Under the pieces are notes generated by a model. The model did no database searches. It was not told the origin of the DNA and saw nothing but the letters and a program-made list of their open reading frames with translations. From Nannocystis bainbridge (GTDB lineage: Bacteria > Myxococcota_A > Polyangia > Nannocystales > Nannocystaceae), in the NCBI RefSeq assembly GCF_028368995.1, contig NZ_JAQNDL010000003.1:1984001-2048000 (forward strand): a stretch of DNA of 64,000 bases, read 5' to 3'. Positions 51,153 through 61,281 of the stretch are shown here, piece after piece. Each line of letters begins with the position of its first letter. Positions within the stretch are counted from its first letter, which is position 1. A program made the translations under genes and the position numbers.

Positions 51153-52541
51153 TCACGCGATCATCGCGTCGATGACGCCCGGCTCGAGCTCCGGGTCGCC
51201 GAAGTCTTCGACCAGCTCGCCGGTGACGGCGCTGAGGATCGTGTTGTGGAACTGGTTGTGCGTCACCCCGCCGGCGTCGATGTACTGGCCGGTCTTGAGG
51301 TAGCCGCCGCAGCTGCCGGCGCACACCCACGGGATGTTGTTGTACGTGTGGCTGACGCCGGCGCCGAGGTCGTTACACCAGATCGCCACCGTATCGTCGA
51401 GCAGCGTGCCGACGTCGGTCTGCAGCGCCGACAGGCGGTCGAGCAGGTGCTTGAACAGCTTGCCGTGCTCGCGGTCGATCACGTGGTGCTTCGACTGCGC
51501 GTCGGGGATCGGGTCGCCCTCCGAGCCGTCGGCGTAGATGCGGTGCGAGATCTGGTGGAACCGCGGCAGCTGGACCCCGTCGATCCAGTACTGCGTGCCG
51601 TCGTTGCCGTCGCCGATCTGCAGCGTCGCCGCGCGCGTGTAGTCGCACGAGAACGCGAACGCGATCAGGTTCATCTGCAGGCGCGTCACCGTCTGGATCA
51701 GCTCGTCGGCGCCGTTGTAGTCCTGCTGCGCCTCCATCTCCATGATCTCGGCGTCGCTGGGCAGCTCGCACAGCAGCTCGACCTCGAGGTCGCGGATCGC
51801 GTCGAAGTGGATCTGCAGGCGGTCGTGGTCGGCCTTGCTCATGTCTTGCTTGCTCATGAGCGCCTGCATCTGCTCGCGGACCAGGTCGTTGACGCTGGTG
51901 CGGCGGGCCTTGATCTTCATCGCCACTTCTTGCGGCAGCGCCGTGATGCCGACGATCTTGGTGTACACGCTCCACGGGTTGCGGTCGGCCGCGCGCAGGT
52001 CCTTGGCCCCGCGGTAGCTGAGCACCTCGTTGATGTAGCCGGCCATGCGGCCCGCGTAGAGCGTCAGCGGGTCGGGGTTCGAGGCCGGGTTGAGCTCGCG
52101 GGCGATGCGGTTGTCGACCGACTCGCCCATCGACAGCGACAGGTTGCCCTTCGGGTCGTCGGACACGCGGGCCGCCGTGAGGCACTGGTTGCCGCCGCCG
52201 GAGTGGCCGCAGCCGTTGCCCGGGAAGCCGAAGCGGGTGCCGCGGACCAGCAGCAGCTTGTCGGCGTAGTCGGCGAGCTCGTTGACGGCCCGCTCGGCGT
52301 CGATCGTCGACAGGCTCTCGGTCGTGACCGGGCCGAGCGCCGACGGCCAGAAGCGTTCGGGCTCGTCGCCGTCCTTCTGGGCGCAGCCGTTGGCCTGGCG
52401 GACGTACACGCAGTAGCGCGGGCGCTCGGTGGCCGCCTTGGCGTTGCGGGGCAGCAGGCTCGGGAGGAACGGCAACGCGACGGTGGCGCCGCCGATGCCG
52501 GTGATGAAGGCGCGTCGGGACAGGTTGCTGGGAAGTCGCAT
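51153..52541 (-). CDS. DUF1552 domain protein (Tat-exported)
   Basis: Tat motif 'SRRAFI...VALPFLPSL', 'SVDNRIA', 'HFDAIRDLE', 'AFSCDYTRAAT', 'TLLDDT', 'H...NIPW'. Confidence 0.88.
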   Translation of the reverse strand: MRLPSNLSRRAFITGIGGATVALPFLPSLLPRNAKAATERPRYCVYVRQANGCAQKDGDEPERFWPSALGPVTTESLSTIDAERAVNELADYADKLLLVRGTRFGFPGNGCGHSGGGNQCLTAARVSDDPKGNLSLSMGESVDNRIARELNPASNPDPLTLYAGRMAGYINEVLSYRGAKDLRAADRNPWSVYTKIVGITALPQEVAMKIKARRTSVNDLVREQMQALMSKQDMSKADHDRLQIHFDAIRDLEVELLCELPSDAEIMEMEAQQDYNGADELIQTVTRLQMNLIAFAFSCDYTRAATLQIGDGNDGTQYWIDGVQLPRFHQISHRIYADGSEGDPIPDAQSKHHVIDREHGKLFKHLLDRLSALQTDVGTLLDDTVAIWCNDLGAGVSHTYNNIPWVCAGSCGGYLKTGQYIDAGGVTHNQFHNTILSAVTGELVEDFGDPELEPGVIDAMIA

Positions 52542-52544
52542 GGC

Positions 52545-54329
52545 TTACTCCTCCACCGGGGCGCGGAAGCGGAACGCGTCGCTCGTCGTCAGCTCGACGA
52601 TGAGCTCCTTGATCGAGTACATGCCGTCGCGCGAGCCTTCGGCCAGGCGCTTGATCTCGGCGTTGTCCTGCAGCCGCGGCACCCGACCGTAGCCGTACTC
52701 GAGCAGGTGCGACACGTAGCAGCGGTGGGCCTCGTCGCTGCCGGAGATCAGCTTGGCCAGCTGCACCCCGCCGTCGAAGCTCTGCTTGCCCTGCACGAAG
52801 TTGAACGAGCCCGACGCGTCGACCGGCTTGCCGGCGTCCATCGTCTGCCAGCGGCCGAGCGGGTCGTACTGCTCCATCGCGAACCCGAGCGGGTTGATGA
52901 GGTAGCCGTGGCACGCCTCGCCGCAGGTGCCGACGCCGGTGTGGCGATCGATCAGCTCGCGCAGCGACTCGCCCTCCATCGGCGGCGGCGGCGGCGGCAC
53001 GTTGTTGGGCGGCGGCGGCAGCCCGGTGCACAGGATCTGCAGGTTGAGGAACACGCCGCGGTGGATCGGGTCGTTCTGGGTCGAGCTCGCGTTGGCCGCC
53101 AGGAACCCGAGCTGCGTCAGCACGCCGGCGCGCTGGCTCGGGTCGAGGTCGGTCTTGACGTGCTGGTCGCTGAACTCGCCCTGCGCCCCGTACAGCGGCG
53201 CCAGCGTCGAGTTGACGAAGCTGTACGGCGCCGCCAGCAGCGTCGCCACGTCGCCGAGCTCGTGCTCGAACACCACGTCGTCGACGAACATCATGGTCTC
53301 GCGGACCATCATGTCGCGCATCGGCTCGGCGAACTCGGGGAACTTGTCGGCGTTCTTGTTGATCTTGCTGTAGCTGTCGACCTTGAGCGTCTGGAAGTGG
53401 AACGACGCCACCATGTCGTGCGCGCGCTGGTCGTCGAGCATGCGCGCGGCCTGGGCCTCGATGCCGGCGACCGACTCGAGCGCGCCGCCCTTGGCGGCCT
53501 CGAACAGCTCCTCGTCGGGCATCGTGTCCCACAGCATGTACGACAGCTTGGTCGCGACCTCGTAGCCGTCGAGCGGCACGTTGCCGTCCTCGTCGGGCGC
53601 GTCGCTCAGCTCGACGCGGTACAGGAAGTACGGCGACTGCAGGAACGTCTGCAGCACCACGCGCACGCCCTCGAGCACCGGGTCGCCGCCGCCGAGCGCC
53701 GCGCCCTCGTGGAACACCTGCATGTGGCGCTCGATCTCCTCCGGCGTCAGCGGGCGGCGATACGCCCGCGGCCCGAACGACTCGATGAACCCGCGCCCGC
53801 GCGCGTCGCTGTCGCCCTCGCTCGGCACCAGCAGCGCGACCAGCTCCGCGTCGGCGATCACCTGCTCCGCGATCTCTTCGGCCGCGCGCTGGTAGTCGGT
53901 CCACAGCGTCGCCGACACCACCAGCTTCTCGCTGTTGTTGTCGTAGCCGCCGCTGATTGGGTCGCCGATGAACAGCGACGACTTGCCGATGGTTTGATCG
54001 AGCAGCAGCAGGTCGCGGATCGAGTTCTCCCACTGGCGATGCGACAGCCGCGGCACCCGCGACGACTCGGGCAGCTCGGGCAGCTCGGTGCCGCCGGTGT
54101 CCGTGTCGCTGGAGGGACCGCCGTCGGTCGGTTGGCCGTTGGTCGTCGCGTCGGTGTCGCCGTCGGTCGCGCCGCCGGGACCGCCGCCGGGACCACCGCC
54201 GGGCCCACCCGAGGGATCACCATCGGTCTGCTGCCCCGACATCCCCGAGTAACACCCGGTCGACAGGCAGAGCCCCAAGGGCCACGCCCCCAGAGTTCGC
54301 CACCAATGCGCTCGTCGTCGCTGAGCCAT
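52545..54329 (-). CDS. DUF1592-family lipoprotein (DUF1587/1595/1592/1588/1585 architecture)
   Basis: 'PRLSHRQWENSIRDLL', 'RAYRRPL', 'LQSPYFLYRVE', 'YEVATKLSYMLWDTMPD', 'RAGVLTQ', 'PIHRG', 'CHGYLINPLGFAMEQYD'. Confidence 0.9.
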   Translation of the reverse strand: MAQRRRAHWWRTLGAWPLGLCLSTGCYSGMSGQQTDGDPSGGPGGGPGGGPGGATDGDTDATTNGQPTDGGPSSDTDTGGTELPELPESSRVPRLSHRQWENSIRDLLLLDQTIGKSSLFIGDPISGGYDNNSEKLVVSATLWTDYQRAAEEIAEQVIADAELVALLVPSEGDSDARGRGFIESFGPRAYRRPLTPEEIERHMQVFHEGAALGGGDPVLEGVRVVLQTFLQSPYFLYRVELSDAPDEDGNVPLDGYEVATKLSYMLWDTMPDEELFEAAKGGALESVAGIEAQAARMLDDQRAHDMVASFHFQTLKVDSYSKINKNADKFPEFAEPMRDMMVRETMMFVDDVVFEHELGDVATLLAAPYSFVNSTLAPLYGAQGEFSDQHVKTDLDPSQRAGVLTQLGFLAANASSTQNDPIHRGVFLNLQILCTGLPPPPNNVPPPPPPMEGESLRELIDRHTGVGTCGEACHGYLINPLGFAMEQYDPLGRWQTMDAGKPVDASGSFNFVQGKQSFDGGVQLAKLISGSDEAHRCYVSHLLEYGYGRVPRLQDNAEIKRLAEGSRDGMYSIKELIVELTTSDAFRFRAPVEE

Positions 54330-54482
54330 AGGGAGGCAATGTCCCGGTAGCAGCCTGCGCTGTCAACCGTGGGCGATCCCCGATGGACTGCCAGCGACGC
54401 CGAGGGGGCCCAGGGCCCCGTGCCTTCTGCGTGTGTGGCCGCTGCCGACGAGCGCGGATACGACCGACGACACGCGTATCCG

Positions 54483-54854
54483 TCAGTGCGTGTCTCGCAT
54501 CTTCTGCAGGCTGCCGTCGGCGAGCATGCGCTCGACGTCCGTGAAGCCGCCGATCAGCGTGCCGCGCACGAACACCTGCGGGAAGGTGGGAAAGCCCGAC
54601 CACAGCTTGATCGCGAGCCGCTCCTTCCACTGGCTCACATACGAGCCGTACTCGAGGTACGTGAACGGCACGCCTGCGGCTTCGAGCGCCCGGCGGGCCT
54701 TCTTCACGAACGGGTTCTGCGCCATGCCGACGACGACCACCGGGTCGCGGGCGATCGCCGCAGTGATCGCGTCGACGATGTTGCGGTGGAAGCTCTGGAT
54801 CTTGTCGCCGACGTGCGGCGCGAGCGAGGACTCGGGGAGGAGGGGGCGAGACAT
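54483..54854 (-). CDS. Glutaredoxin-like protein lacking cysteine
   Basis: 'VVVVGMAQNPFVKKAR', 'WSGFPTFPQVFVRGTLIGGF'. Confidence 0.85.
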   Translation of the reverse strand: MSRPLLPESSLAPHVGDKIQSFHRNIVDAITAAIARDPVVVVGMAQNPFVKKARRALEAAGVPFTYLEYGSYVSQWKERLAIKLWSGFPTFPQVFVRGTLIGGFTDVERMLADGSLQKMRDTH

Positions 54855-55112
54855 GGGCGCGGAGCGTGGTGCCGGATCCGCCCGTGGCAAGGCTTCGCGC
54901 GCGTGCGCCCGCTCGCGGGCTCGCGTGAGCGATCTGCCCGAAAGGCCCTGTAAGCGGCGCGCGTCGTCCGGCGCGAGCGGGCGACGCGGCACGAGAACGG
55001 CATTCATCGCGGTCGCGTGCGGCGTTTCAAAGCGTATGCGCGGGAAGACCCGCGGCCCCGACGATCGCGTTGCAGGCCGGCGAACGATACCCTCGCCAAC
55101 CTGGAGAGATCC

Positions 55113-58100
55113 ATGCGCCGCCACATCCCGCTCGTCGTCTGCCTCGGCCTCGCTGGCCTCGTCGCCTGCACCGGTCGCCCGGGCCCTTCGGACTCCCAAC
55201 AACAGTCGCAGCCGCGCGCGACCGACGAATGCAAGCTCGAGTGGCGCGCCCCCGATCCGCAGCCGACCGCCGGCGTCGCGCCCTTCTCGCTCACCAGCCA
55301 GGACGGCACCGGCCTCAAGCTCCTCAGCGTCAAGAGCCGCGCCGTCGTCGAGGACCCGCTCGCCTTCACCGAGCTCCACCTCGCGTTCCAGAACCCCAAC
55401 GATCGCGTGATCGAGGGCCGCTTCGAGATCAACCTCCCGCCGAACTCGGCGATCTCGCGGTTCGCGATGCTGATCGACGGGCGCTGGCAGGAGGCCGAGG
55501 TCGTCGAGCTGCAGGCCGCGCGTCAGGCCTACGAAGACTTCCTCCACCGCCGCCAAGATCCGGCCCTGCTCGAGAAGAGCGCCGGCAACCGCTTCAGCGC
55601 GCGCGTGTTCCCGATCCCCGCCCGCGGCGTCAAGGAGATCATCGTCTCCTACTCCGAGGAGCTGAGCTCGAGCAGCGAGCCGTACCGCGTCTACCTGCGC
55701 GGCCTGCCGCAGCTGCAGGACCTCGACGTCGAGGTCGTCGTGCCCAAGGGCGGCGGCGTCAGCGAGAAGACCCGCATCCACGAGACCAACTTCATGCCGC
55801 AGCAGGACCTCGAGCTCGCCACCAGCCGGCGCGCGCCCGAGGTCGGCCTCCGCTACGACCGCCTCGCCGTCGCCCGCATCACCCCCGACGTCAAGCTGCC
55901 GGAGGTCCCCGTCACCGGCGTCACCGTGTTGTTCGACACCAGCGCCTCGCGGGCGCTCGACTTCAAGGGTCAGGTCGCGCGCCTCGGCCAGCTCGTCGCC
56001 GAGCTGCGTGGCGCCGCCGGCGTCGATTTCCCGCTCACCGTCGCCTGCTTCGACCAGGGCGTCGAGCAGGTGTTCGCCGGCCCCGCGAGCAGCTTCGGCG
56101 CCGCCGCCCAGGACGCGATCTTGAAGCGCGGGGCGCTCGGCGCCTCCGACCTCGCCGGCGCGCTGCGCTGGACCGGCACCCAGGCGAAGGTCCACGACCG
56201 CGTCATCCTCGTCGGCGACGGCGTCGCCACGGCCGGCGGCATCGAGCGCGACGTCCTGCGCACCGCCGTGCAGGAGCTCGGCCGCGCCGGCGTGCGTCGC
56301 CTCGACGCGGTCGTCGACGGCGGCCTGCGCGACGAGGCCGCGCTGCGCCAGCTGACCACCGCCGGCCTGCAGGACGCCGGCATCCTCGTCGACGCTCGCC
56401 TGCCCGCGCCGCTGGTCGCCTCGCGGCTGGTGCGAGCCACCAAGGCCAACGTCAAGGTGCATGTCCCCGGGGCCAGCTGGGTGTGGCCGCAGACGCTCGG
56501 CGCCGTGCAGCCCGGCGATCAGTTCCTCGTGTTCGCCGACCTCCCCGTCGACAAGCCGATGCGCGTCGAGCTCGGCGAGCGCGGCGAGGATGTCCGCGAC
56601 ATCAAGCTCGGCGACGCCGAGCGGCCGCTGCTCGAGCGGGCATGGATCCGCGCCAGCATCGATCGCCTGAGCGGCATGATGGGTCACGAGGCCGCCGGCG
56701 ACGCCAAGGCCAAGGCCGACCTCAAGCAGCAGATCATCGGCCTCTCGACGCGCTACCGCGTGCTGTCCGACTACACCGCGCTGCTCGTGCTCGAGACCGA
56801 CTGGGACTACCAGCGCTTCGGCATCGATCGCACCGCGCTGGCCGAGATCCTCACCGTCGGCCCCCAGGGCGTCGCGGTGGTCGACCGCACGCGCCTGCCC
56901 GACAAGCCGATCGTCGTCCAGCCGATCGTCCCCGAGCAGCCCATCGCGCAGGCCGACGACGGCGACGACGACGGCCCGCTCGGGTGGTTCTTCGGCGCCG
57001 AGAAGCGCAAGAGCGAGAGCCGGAACAAGAAGGATGCCTCCGCGGTCGCGGCCAACTTCGAGCCGCAGGCCGAGGCCAAGAGCGAGGCGCGGCCGCTGCC
57101 CAAGCCGGCCGGCGCGCAGGACAAGGGCGGTCGTGGCGGCGACGGTGAAGCGGCCGAAGAGGCGCGGGCGATCGGCGGCGCTCCGGGCGCAGCCGAGGCC
57201 GCGGTCGACGGCATGGCCGACCCGGCGATGAGGGCGCGTGATGAAGCGCCGGCTGACGCTCCCGCACACGCGGCACCGCCGCCTCCGCCCCCGTCCGAGC
57301 CTTCGCCCGAGCCGGCCGGGCCCGCGCCCGTCACCGCCGGAGGCTCGCCGCATGCGGACATGCGCGAGGTCGAGGATGCCGTCACCACGGACACCCGCCG
57401 ACCCACGCGCGTCGCCGCCTCGCGTCGCGCCCCGCCGCACGGCCACGAGGCTCCCCCGTGGGATCCGCAGCCGCGGCCCACCTTCGAACAGCCCAAGCCC
57501 GCCGACGCCTGGGAGGGACGTTTCGCCGATGTCATGTTCGAGGTTCGCGCCGGCCGCGCCGCTCAGGCGCTCACCAAGGCGTGGGAGTGGCGCGACAGCA
57601 ACCCTGGTGACGAGGTCGCGCTGGTCAGCCTCGGTGAGGCGGCCGAGGCCAGCGGCGACCGCGTTTTGGCCGCGCGGGCCTACGGCTCGCTCATCGACCT
57701 GTTCCCTGGCCGCGCGGACATCCGTCGCATGGCTGGCGAACGGCTCGAGGCGCTCGGCGACGTCGGTCTGCAACTTGCGATCGACACCTACGCGCAGGCC
57801 GTGGCCCAGCGGCCCGACCATCCTGCCAGTCACCGGCTCTACGCCTTTGCGCTGGTCAAGGCCGGCCGGTACGCCGAGGCCTTCGCGGCCGCGCTCGCCG
57901 GCGCCCGCCGCAGCTATCCGAGCGGTCGCTTCGCTGGCGTGCAGCAGATCCTCGGCGAGGACCTCGCCCTGATCGCGGCCGCCTGGCTCGGGGCTCAGCC
58001 CGGTGACGCCGCCGCGCAGTCGGCGATCGCCGCTGCCGGAGTCACCCCCGCTCGCAGCCCCTCGCTGCGCTTCGTCCTCAACTGGGAGACCGACGCCAAC

Positions 58101-58532
58101 GACGTCGACTTCCACATTTACGACGGCAAGGGCGGGCACGCCTACTTCAGCCAGCGGCAGCTGCCCTCGGGTGGCCGTCTGTACGCCGACGTGACCACGG
58201 GTTACGGCCCCGAATGCTTCACCATCCCGGGCGACGCCGCGGCGTTCCCGTACGTGCTCCAGGCGCATTATTACAGCCGCGGGCCGATGGGTTACGGCAT
58301 GGGCAAGCTGCAGGCCGTGCAGCACGACGGCAAGGGCGGACTCGCGTTCATGGAGCACCCGTTCGTCATCATGAAGGACCGCGCGTACGTCGACCTGGGC
58401 CGCGTCGACCAGCCGCTGTCGGACCTGAAAGTCGTCGTTCCGCGCCTGCCGTCCGGCCCTGGGGCCCAGGGTCAGCCTTACGCACCGTACACGCCGCCGC
58501 CGCCGGTTCCGCCGCCGCCTTCGCGCTATTAA
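55113..58532 (+). CDS. VIT-domain / vWA-like / TPR / YfaP(DUF2135)-like lipoprotein
   Basis: Lipobox 'LVAC'; VIT 'LAFTELHLAFQNP...EGRFEINLP...DPALLE'; 'LFDTSAS'; C-terminal 'LRFVLNWETDANDVDFHI...DVTTGYGPECF'. Confidence 0.85.
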   Translation: MRRHIPLVVCLGLAGLVACTGRPGPSDSQQQSQPRATDECKLEWRAPDPQPTAGVAPFSLTSQDGTGLKLLSVKSRAVVEDPLAFTELHLAFQNPNDRVIEGRFEINLPPNSAISRFAMLIDGRWQEAEVVELQAARQAYEDFLHRRQDPALLEKSAGNRFSARVFPIPARGVKEIIVSYSEELSSSSEPYRVYLRGLPQLQDLDVEVVVPKGGGVSEKTRIHETNFMPQQDLELATSRRAPEVGLRYDRLAVARITPDVKLPEVPVTGVTVLFDTSASRALDFKGQVARLGQLVAELRGAAGVDFPLTVACFDQGVEQVFAGPASSFGAAAQDAILKRGALGASDLAGALRWTGTQAKVHDRVILVGDGVATAGGIERDVLRTAVQELGRAGVRRLDAVVDGGLRDEAALRQLTTAGLQDAGILVDARLPAPLVASRLVRATKANVKVHVPGASWVWPQTLGAVQPGDQFLVFADLPVDKPMRVELGERGEDVRDIKLGDAERPLLERAWIRASIDRLSGMMGHEAAGDAKAKADLKQQIIGLSTRYRVLSDYTALLVLETDWDYQRFGIDRTALAEILTVGPQGVAVVDRTRLPDKPIVVQPIVPEQPIAQADDGDDDGPLGWFFGAEKRKSESRNKKDASAVAANFEPQAEAKSEARPLPKPAGAQDKGGRGGDGEAAEEARAIGGAPGAAEAAVDGMADPAMRARDEAPADAPAHAAPPPPPPSEPSPEPAGPAPVTAGGSPHADMREVEDAVTTDTRRPTRVAASRRAPPHGHEAPPWDPQPRPTFEQPKPADAWEGRFADVMFEVRAGRAAQALTKAWEWRDSNPGDEVALVSLGEAAEASGDRVLAARAYGSLIDLFPGRADIRRMAGERLEALGDVGLQLAIDTYAQAVAQRPDHPASHRLYAFALVKAGRYAEAFAAALAGARRSYPSGRFAGVQQILGEDLALIAAAWLGAQPGDAAAQSAIAAAGVTPARSPSLRFVLNWETDANDVDFHIYDGKGGHAYFSQRQLPSGGRLYADVTTGYGPECFTIPGDAAAFPYVLQAHYYSRGPMGYGMGKLQAVQHDGKGGLAFMEHPFVIMKDRAYVDLGRVDQPLSDLKVVVPRLPSGPGAQGQPYAPYTPPPPVPPPPSRY

Positions 58533-58732
58533 AAACCTCGCGTGCGTGTCGGTCGCGCGACCGGACGTGCGCGTGCGATTTTGCTCCGTGACGACGCCGT
58601 GCCCGTTCTCGGGTACGGTTGCGTAATTCCGACGATCCGGACGGATCCACCGCGTCGCAACCACTGCTGCCCGTGGGTTCTTCATCCCGGGTCGCTACGA
58701 ACCACCTGGTTTCTTTTCCAATCGAGGCTCGC

Positions 58733-61075
58733 ATGTCCCGCTCTCGTGCTTTCTTGTTGAAGCTCGTCGCTCCCCTCTGTCTGTCCGCCGTCGGCCTCTT
58801 GGCCTGCGGCGACAGCAGCAGCAGCTCCAATTCCAACAGCGCCTCGAACTCCGGCACAGGCACCGACGTGACCTCCGGAGGCATGACCGAGCCGACGGCG
58901 GGCAGCGTGAGCATGTCGGCCAGCGAGGCCACCGACGGCACCGCGGGCATCTCGGACTCGAACTCGGGCGTGCCGACGACCAGCGGCATGGGCATCTCGG
59001 ACTCGAACTCGAGCGACACGATGACCGAGGACACGACCACCGGCATCGGCGGCGGCGGCTGCGGCGACAACGTGCTCGACCCGGGCGAGGAATGTGACAG
59101 CGGCGCGAACAACGGCGGCGGCAACGAGTGCAAGCTCGGCTGCATGCTCAACTTCTGCGGCGACACGTATATCGGCCCGGGAGAAGAGTGTGACAACGGG
59201 GCCGAAAACGGCGACATGAACTCGTGCAAGCCCGACTGCAAGAAGGCCTTCTGCGGCGACGGCAAGGTCGGCCCCGGCGAGGGCTGCGACGACGGCAACC
59301 AGAACAACGCCGACACCTGCACCAACACCTGCGCGCTGGCCTCGTGCGGCGACGGCATCATCTCCGCCCAGGAGCAGTGCGACGACGGCAACCAGAGCAA
59401 CGAAGACGAGTGCACCAACAACTGCACCGCCGCCAAGTGCGGCGACAACTTCGTCCAGAACCCCGAGCAGTGCGACGAGGGCCCCGACAACGCCAACACA
59501 GGCGACTGCACGCTCATGTGCAAGCTGGCGGTGTGCGGCGACGGTGAGCTCCACAACACCGGCAGCGGCAACGAGGAGTGCGACCTCGGGGCGGGCAACG
59601 GCCCGGGCCAGCAGTGCAACGCCCAGTGCAAGACCAACACCTGCGGCGACGGCGACAAGAGCCCGACCGAGCAGTGTGACGACGGCAACAACCAGGGCGG
59701 CGACGGCTGCACCTCGCTGTGCAAGCTCGAGGAGTGCGGCAACAACGTCATCGACCCGGGCGAGCAGTGCGACGACGGCAAGAACGGCAACCAGGACGAC
59801 GGCTGCACCGACGCCTGCGCCCTGCCGAAGTGCGGCGACGCGCTCGTCCAGCCGAGCCTCGACGAGCAGTGCGACCTCGGCCCCGGCAACAACAACTCCG
59901 GCGCCTGCACCCTGGTGTGCACCGCGGCCAAGTGCGGCGACGGCCTCATCTGGCAGAACCACGAGGAGTGCGACGACGGCGTCAACAACTCCAACACCGG
60001 CACCTGCAAGGCCAACTGCACCAAACAGTTCTGCGGCGACGGCTTCGTCGGCCCCGGCGAGGCCTGCGACGACGGCAACCAGAACAACAATGACGGCTGC
60101 ACCAACGTGTGCAAGATGGCCAAGTGCGGCGACGGCTTCATCCAGCCGGGCGAGCAGTGCGACAACGGCGGCCTCAACAGCAACAACGGCACCTGCACCA
60201 CCGCCTGCCTGACCCCCAAGTGCGGCGACGGCTACATCCAGGCCAGCAACAACGAGACCTGCGACGACGGCGTCAACAACGGCGACAGCAAGGCGTGCCT
60301 CTCGACCTGCGTCCCGGCCAAGTGCGGCGACGGCAAGACCCAGGTCGGCGTGGAGGAGTGCGACGACGGCAACAACGTCAACACCGACCTCTGCACCAAC
60401 ACGTGCAAGGCCGCCAAGTGCGGCGACGGCATCACCCAGCCGAACGCCGGCGAGACCTGCGACGACGGCAACAACGACAACACCGACCTCTGCACCAACT
60501 TCTGCGTGCCCGCCAAGTGCGGCGACGGCTACAAGCAGCCGCAGAACCAGGAGCAGTGCGACGACGGCAACAACGACAACACCGACGCCTGCAGCAACGC
60601 CTGCAAGACCCCCACCTGCGGCGACAGCATCGTCCAGCCGGGCGCGCCGTTCAACGAGCAGTGCGACAACGGGGCCAACAACGCCAACGACAAGGCGTGC
60701 AACGCCACCTGCAAGAAGACCACCTGCGGCGACGGCACCAAGCAGACCCCCAACGGCAACGGCCAGAACGAGATCTGCGACGACGGCAACCAGTCGAACG
60801 CCGACGCCTGCACCAACACCTGCGCCAAGACGGTCTGCGGCGACGGCATCACCCAGAACCCCAACGGCAACGGCCAGGCCGAGACGTGCGACGACGCCGA
60901 CCAGTCGAACGCCGACGAGTGCAACACGTCGTGCAAGAAGACCACCTGCGGCGACGGCATCATTCAGAACGACCCCAAGAACGGCGACGGCGTGACCGAG
61001 ATGTGCGACCAGGGCGCGCAGAACGGCACCCAGGGCTCGTTCTGCTCCGCCACCTGCCAGATCAAGCCGGCCTGA
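58733..61075 (+). CDS. Myxobacterial cysteine-rich repeat (DUF4215) lipoprotein
   Basis: Lipobox 'LLACG', S/T linker, then 20 counted repeats of CG(D/N)...E.CD(D)GN...C...C. Confidence 0.92.
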   Translation: MSRSRAFLLKLVAPLCLSAVGLLACGDSSSSSNSNSASNSGTGTDVTSGGMTEPTAGSVSMSASEATDGTAGISDSNSGVPTTSGMGISDSNSSDTMTEDTTTGIGGGGCGDNVLDPGEECDSGANNGGGNECKLGCMLNFCGDTYIGPGEECDNGAENGDMNSCKPDCKKAFCGDGKVGPGEGCDDGNQNNADTCTNTCALASCGDGIISAQEQCDDGNQSNEDECTNNCTAAKCGDNFVQNPEQCDEGPDNANTGDCTLMCKLAVCGDGELHNTGSGNEECDLGAGNGPGQQCNAQCKTNTCGDGDKSPTEQCDDGNNQGGDGCTSLCKLEECGNNVIDPGEQCDDGKNGNQDDGCTDACALPKCGDALVQPSLDEQCDLGPGNNNSGACTLVCTAAKCGDGLIWQNHEECDDGVNNSNTGTCKANCTKQFCGDGFVGPGEACDDGNQNNNDGCTNVCKMAKCGDGFIQPGEQCDNGGLNSNNGTCTTACLTPKCGDGYIQASNNETCDDGVNNGDSKACLSTCVPAKCGDGKTQVGVEECDDGNNVNTDLCTNTCKAAKCGDGITQPNAGETCDDGNNDNTDLCTNFCVPAKCGDGYKQPQNQEQCDDGNNDNTDACSNACKTPTCGDSIVQPGAPFNEQCDNGANNANDKACNATCKKTTCGDGTKQTPNGNGQNEICDDGNQSNADACTNTCAKTVCGDGITQNPNGNGQAETCDDADQSNADECNTSCKKTTCGDGIIQNDPKNGDGVTEMCDQGAQNGTQGSFCSATCQIKPA

Positions 61076-61124
61076 CCCGGACCTGAGCCCGGCCCCCGCG
61101 CCGGACCCCACGCGCGCCGCGAGC

Positions 61125-61281
61125 GACATGTCCCCAAGGACATCCGCTCGCGGCGCGCCGCGTTGTCGACATGTCCCGAAGGTCAGCCGCTCGCGGCGCG
61201 CCACGTCTCCATGGACATGTCCCGAAGGTCAGCCTATCGCGACGCGCAACGACTCCATGGACATGTCCCGGAGGCCATGTC
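61125..61281. repeat. Tandem array of 4 units (period 43-46 nt) built on the GACATGTC element
   Basis: GACATGTC at 61125, 61168, 61214, 61260; core GACATGTCCCGAAGGTCAGCC in units 2 and 3. Confidence 0.9.
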
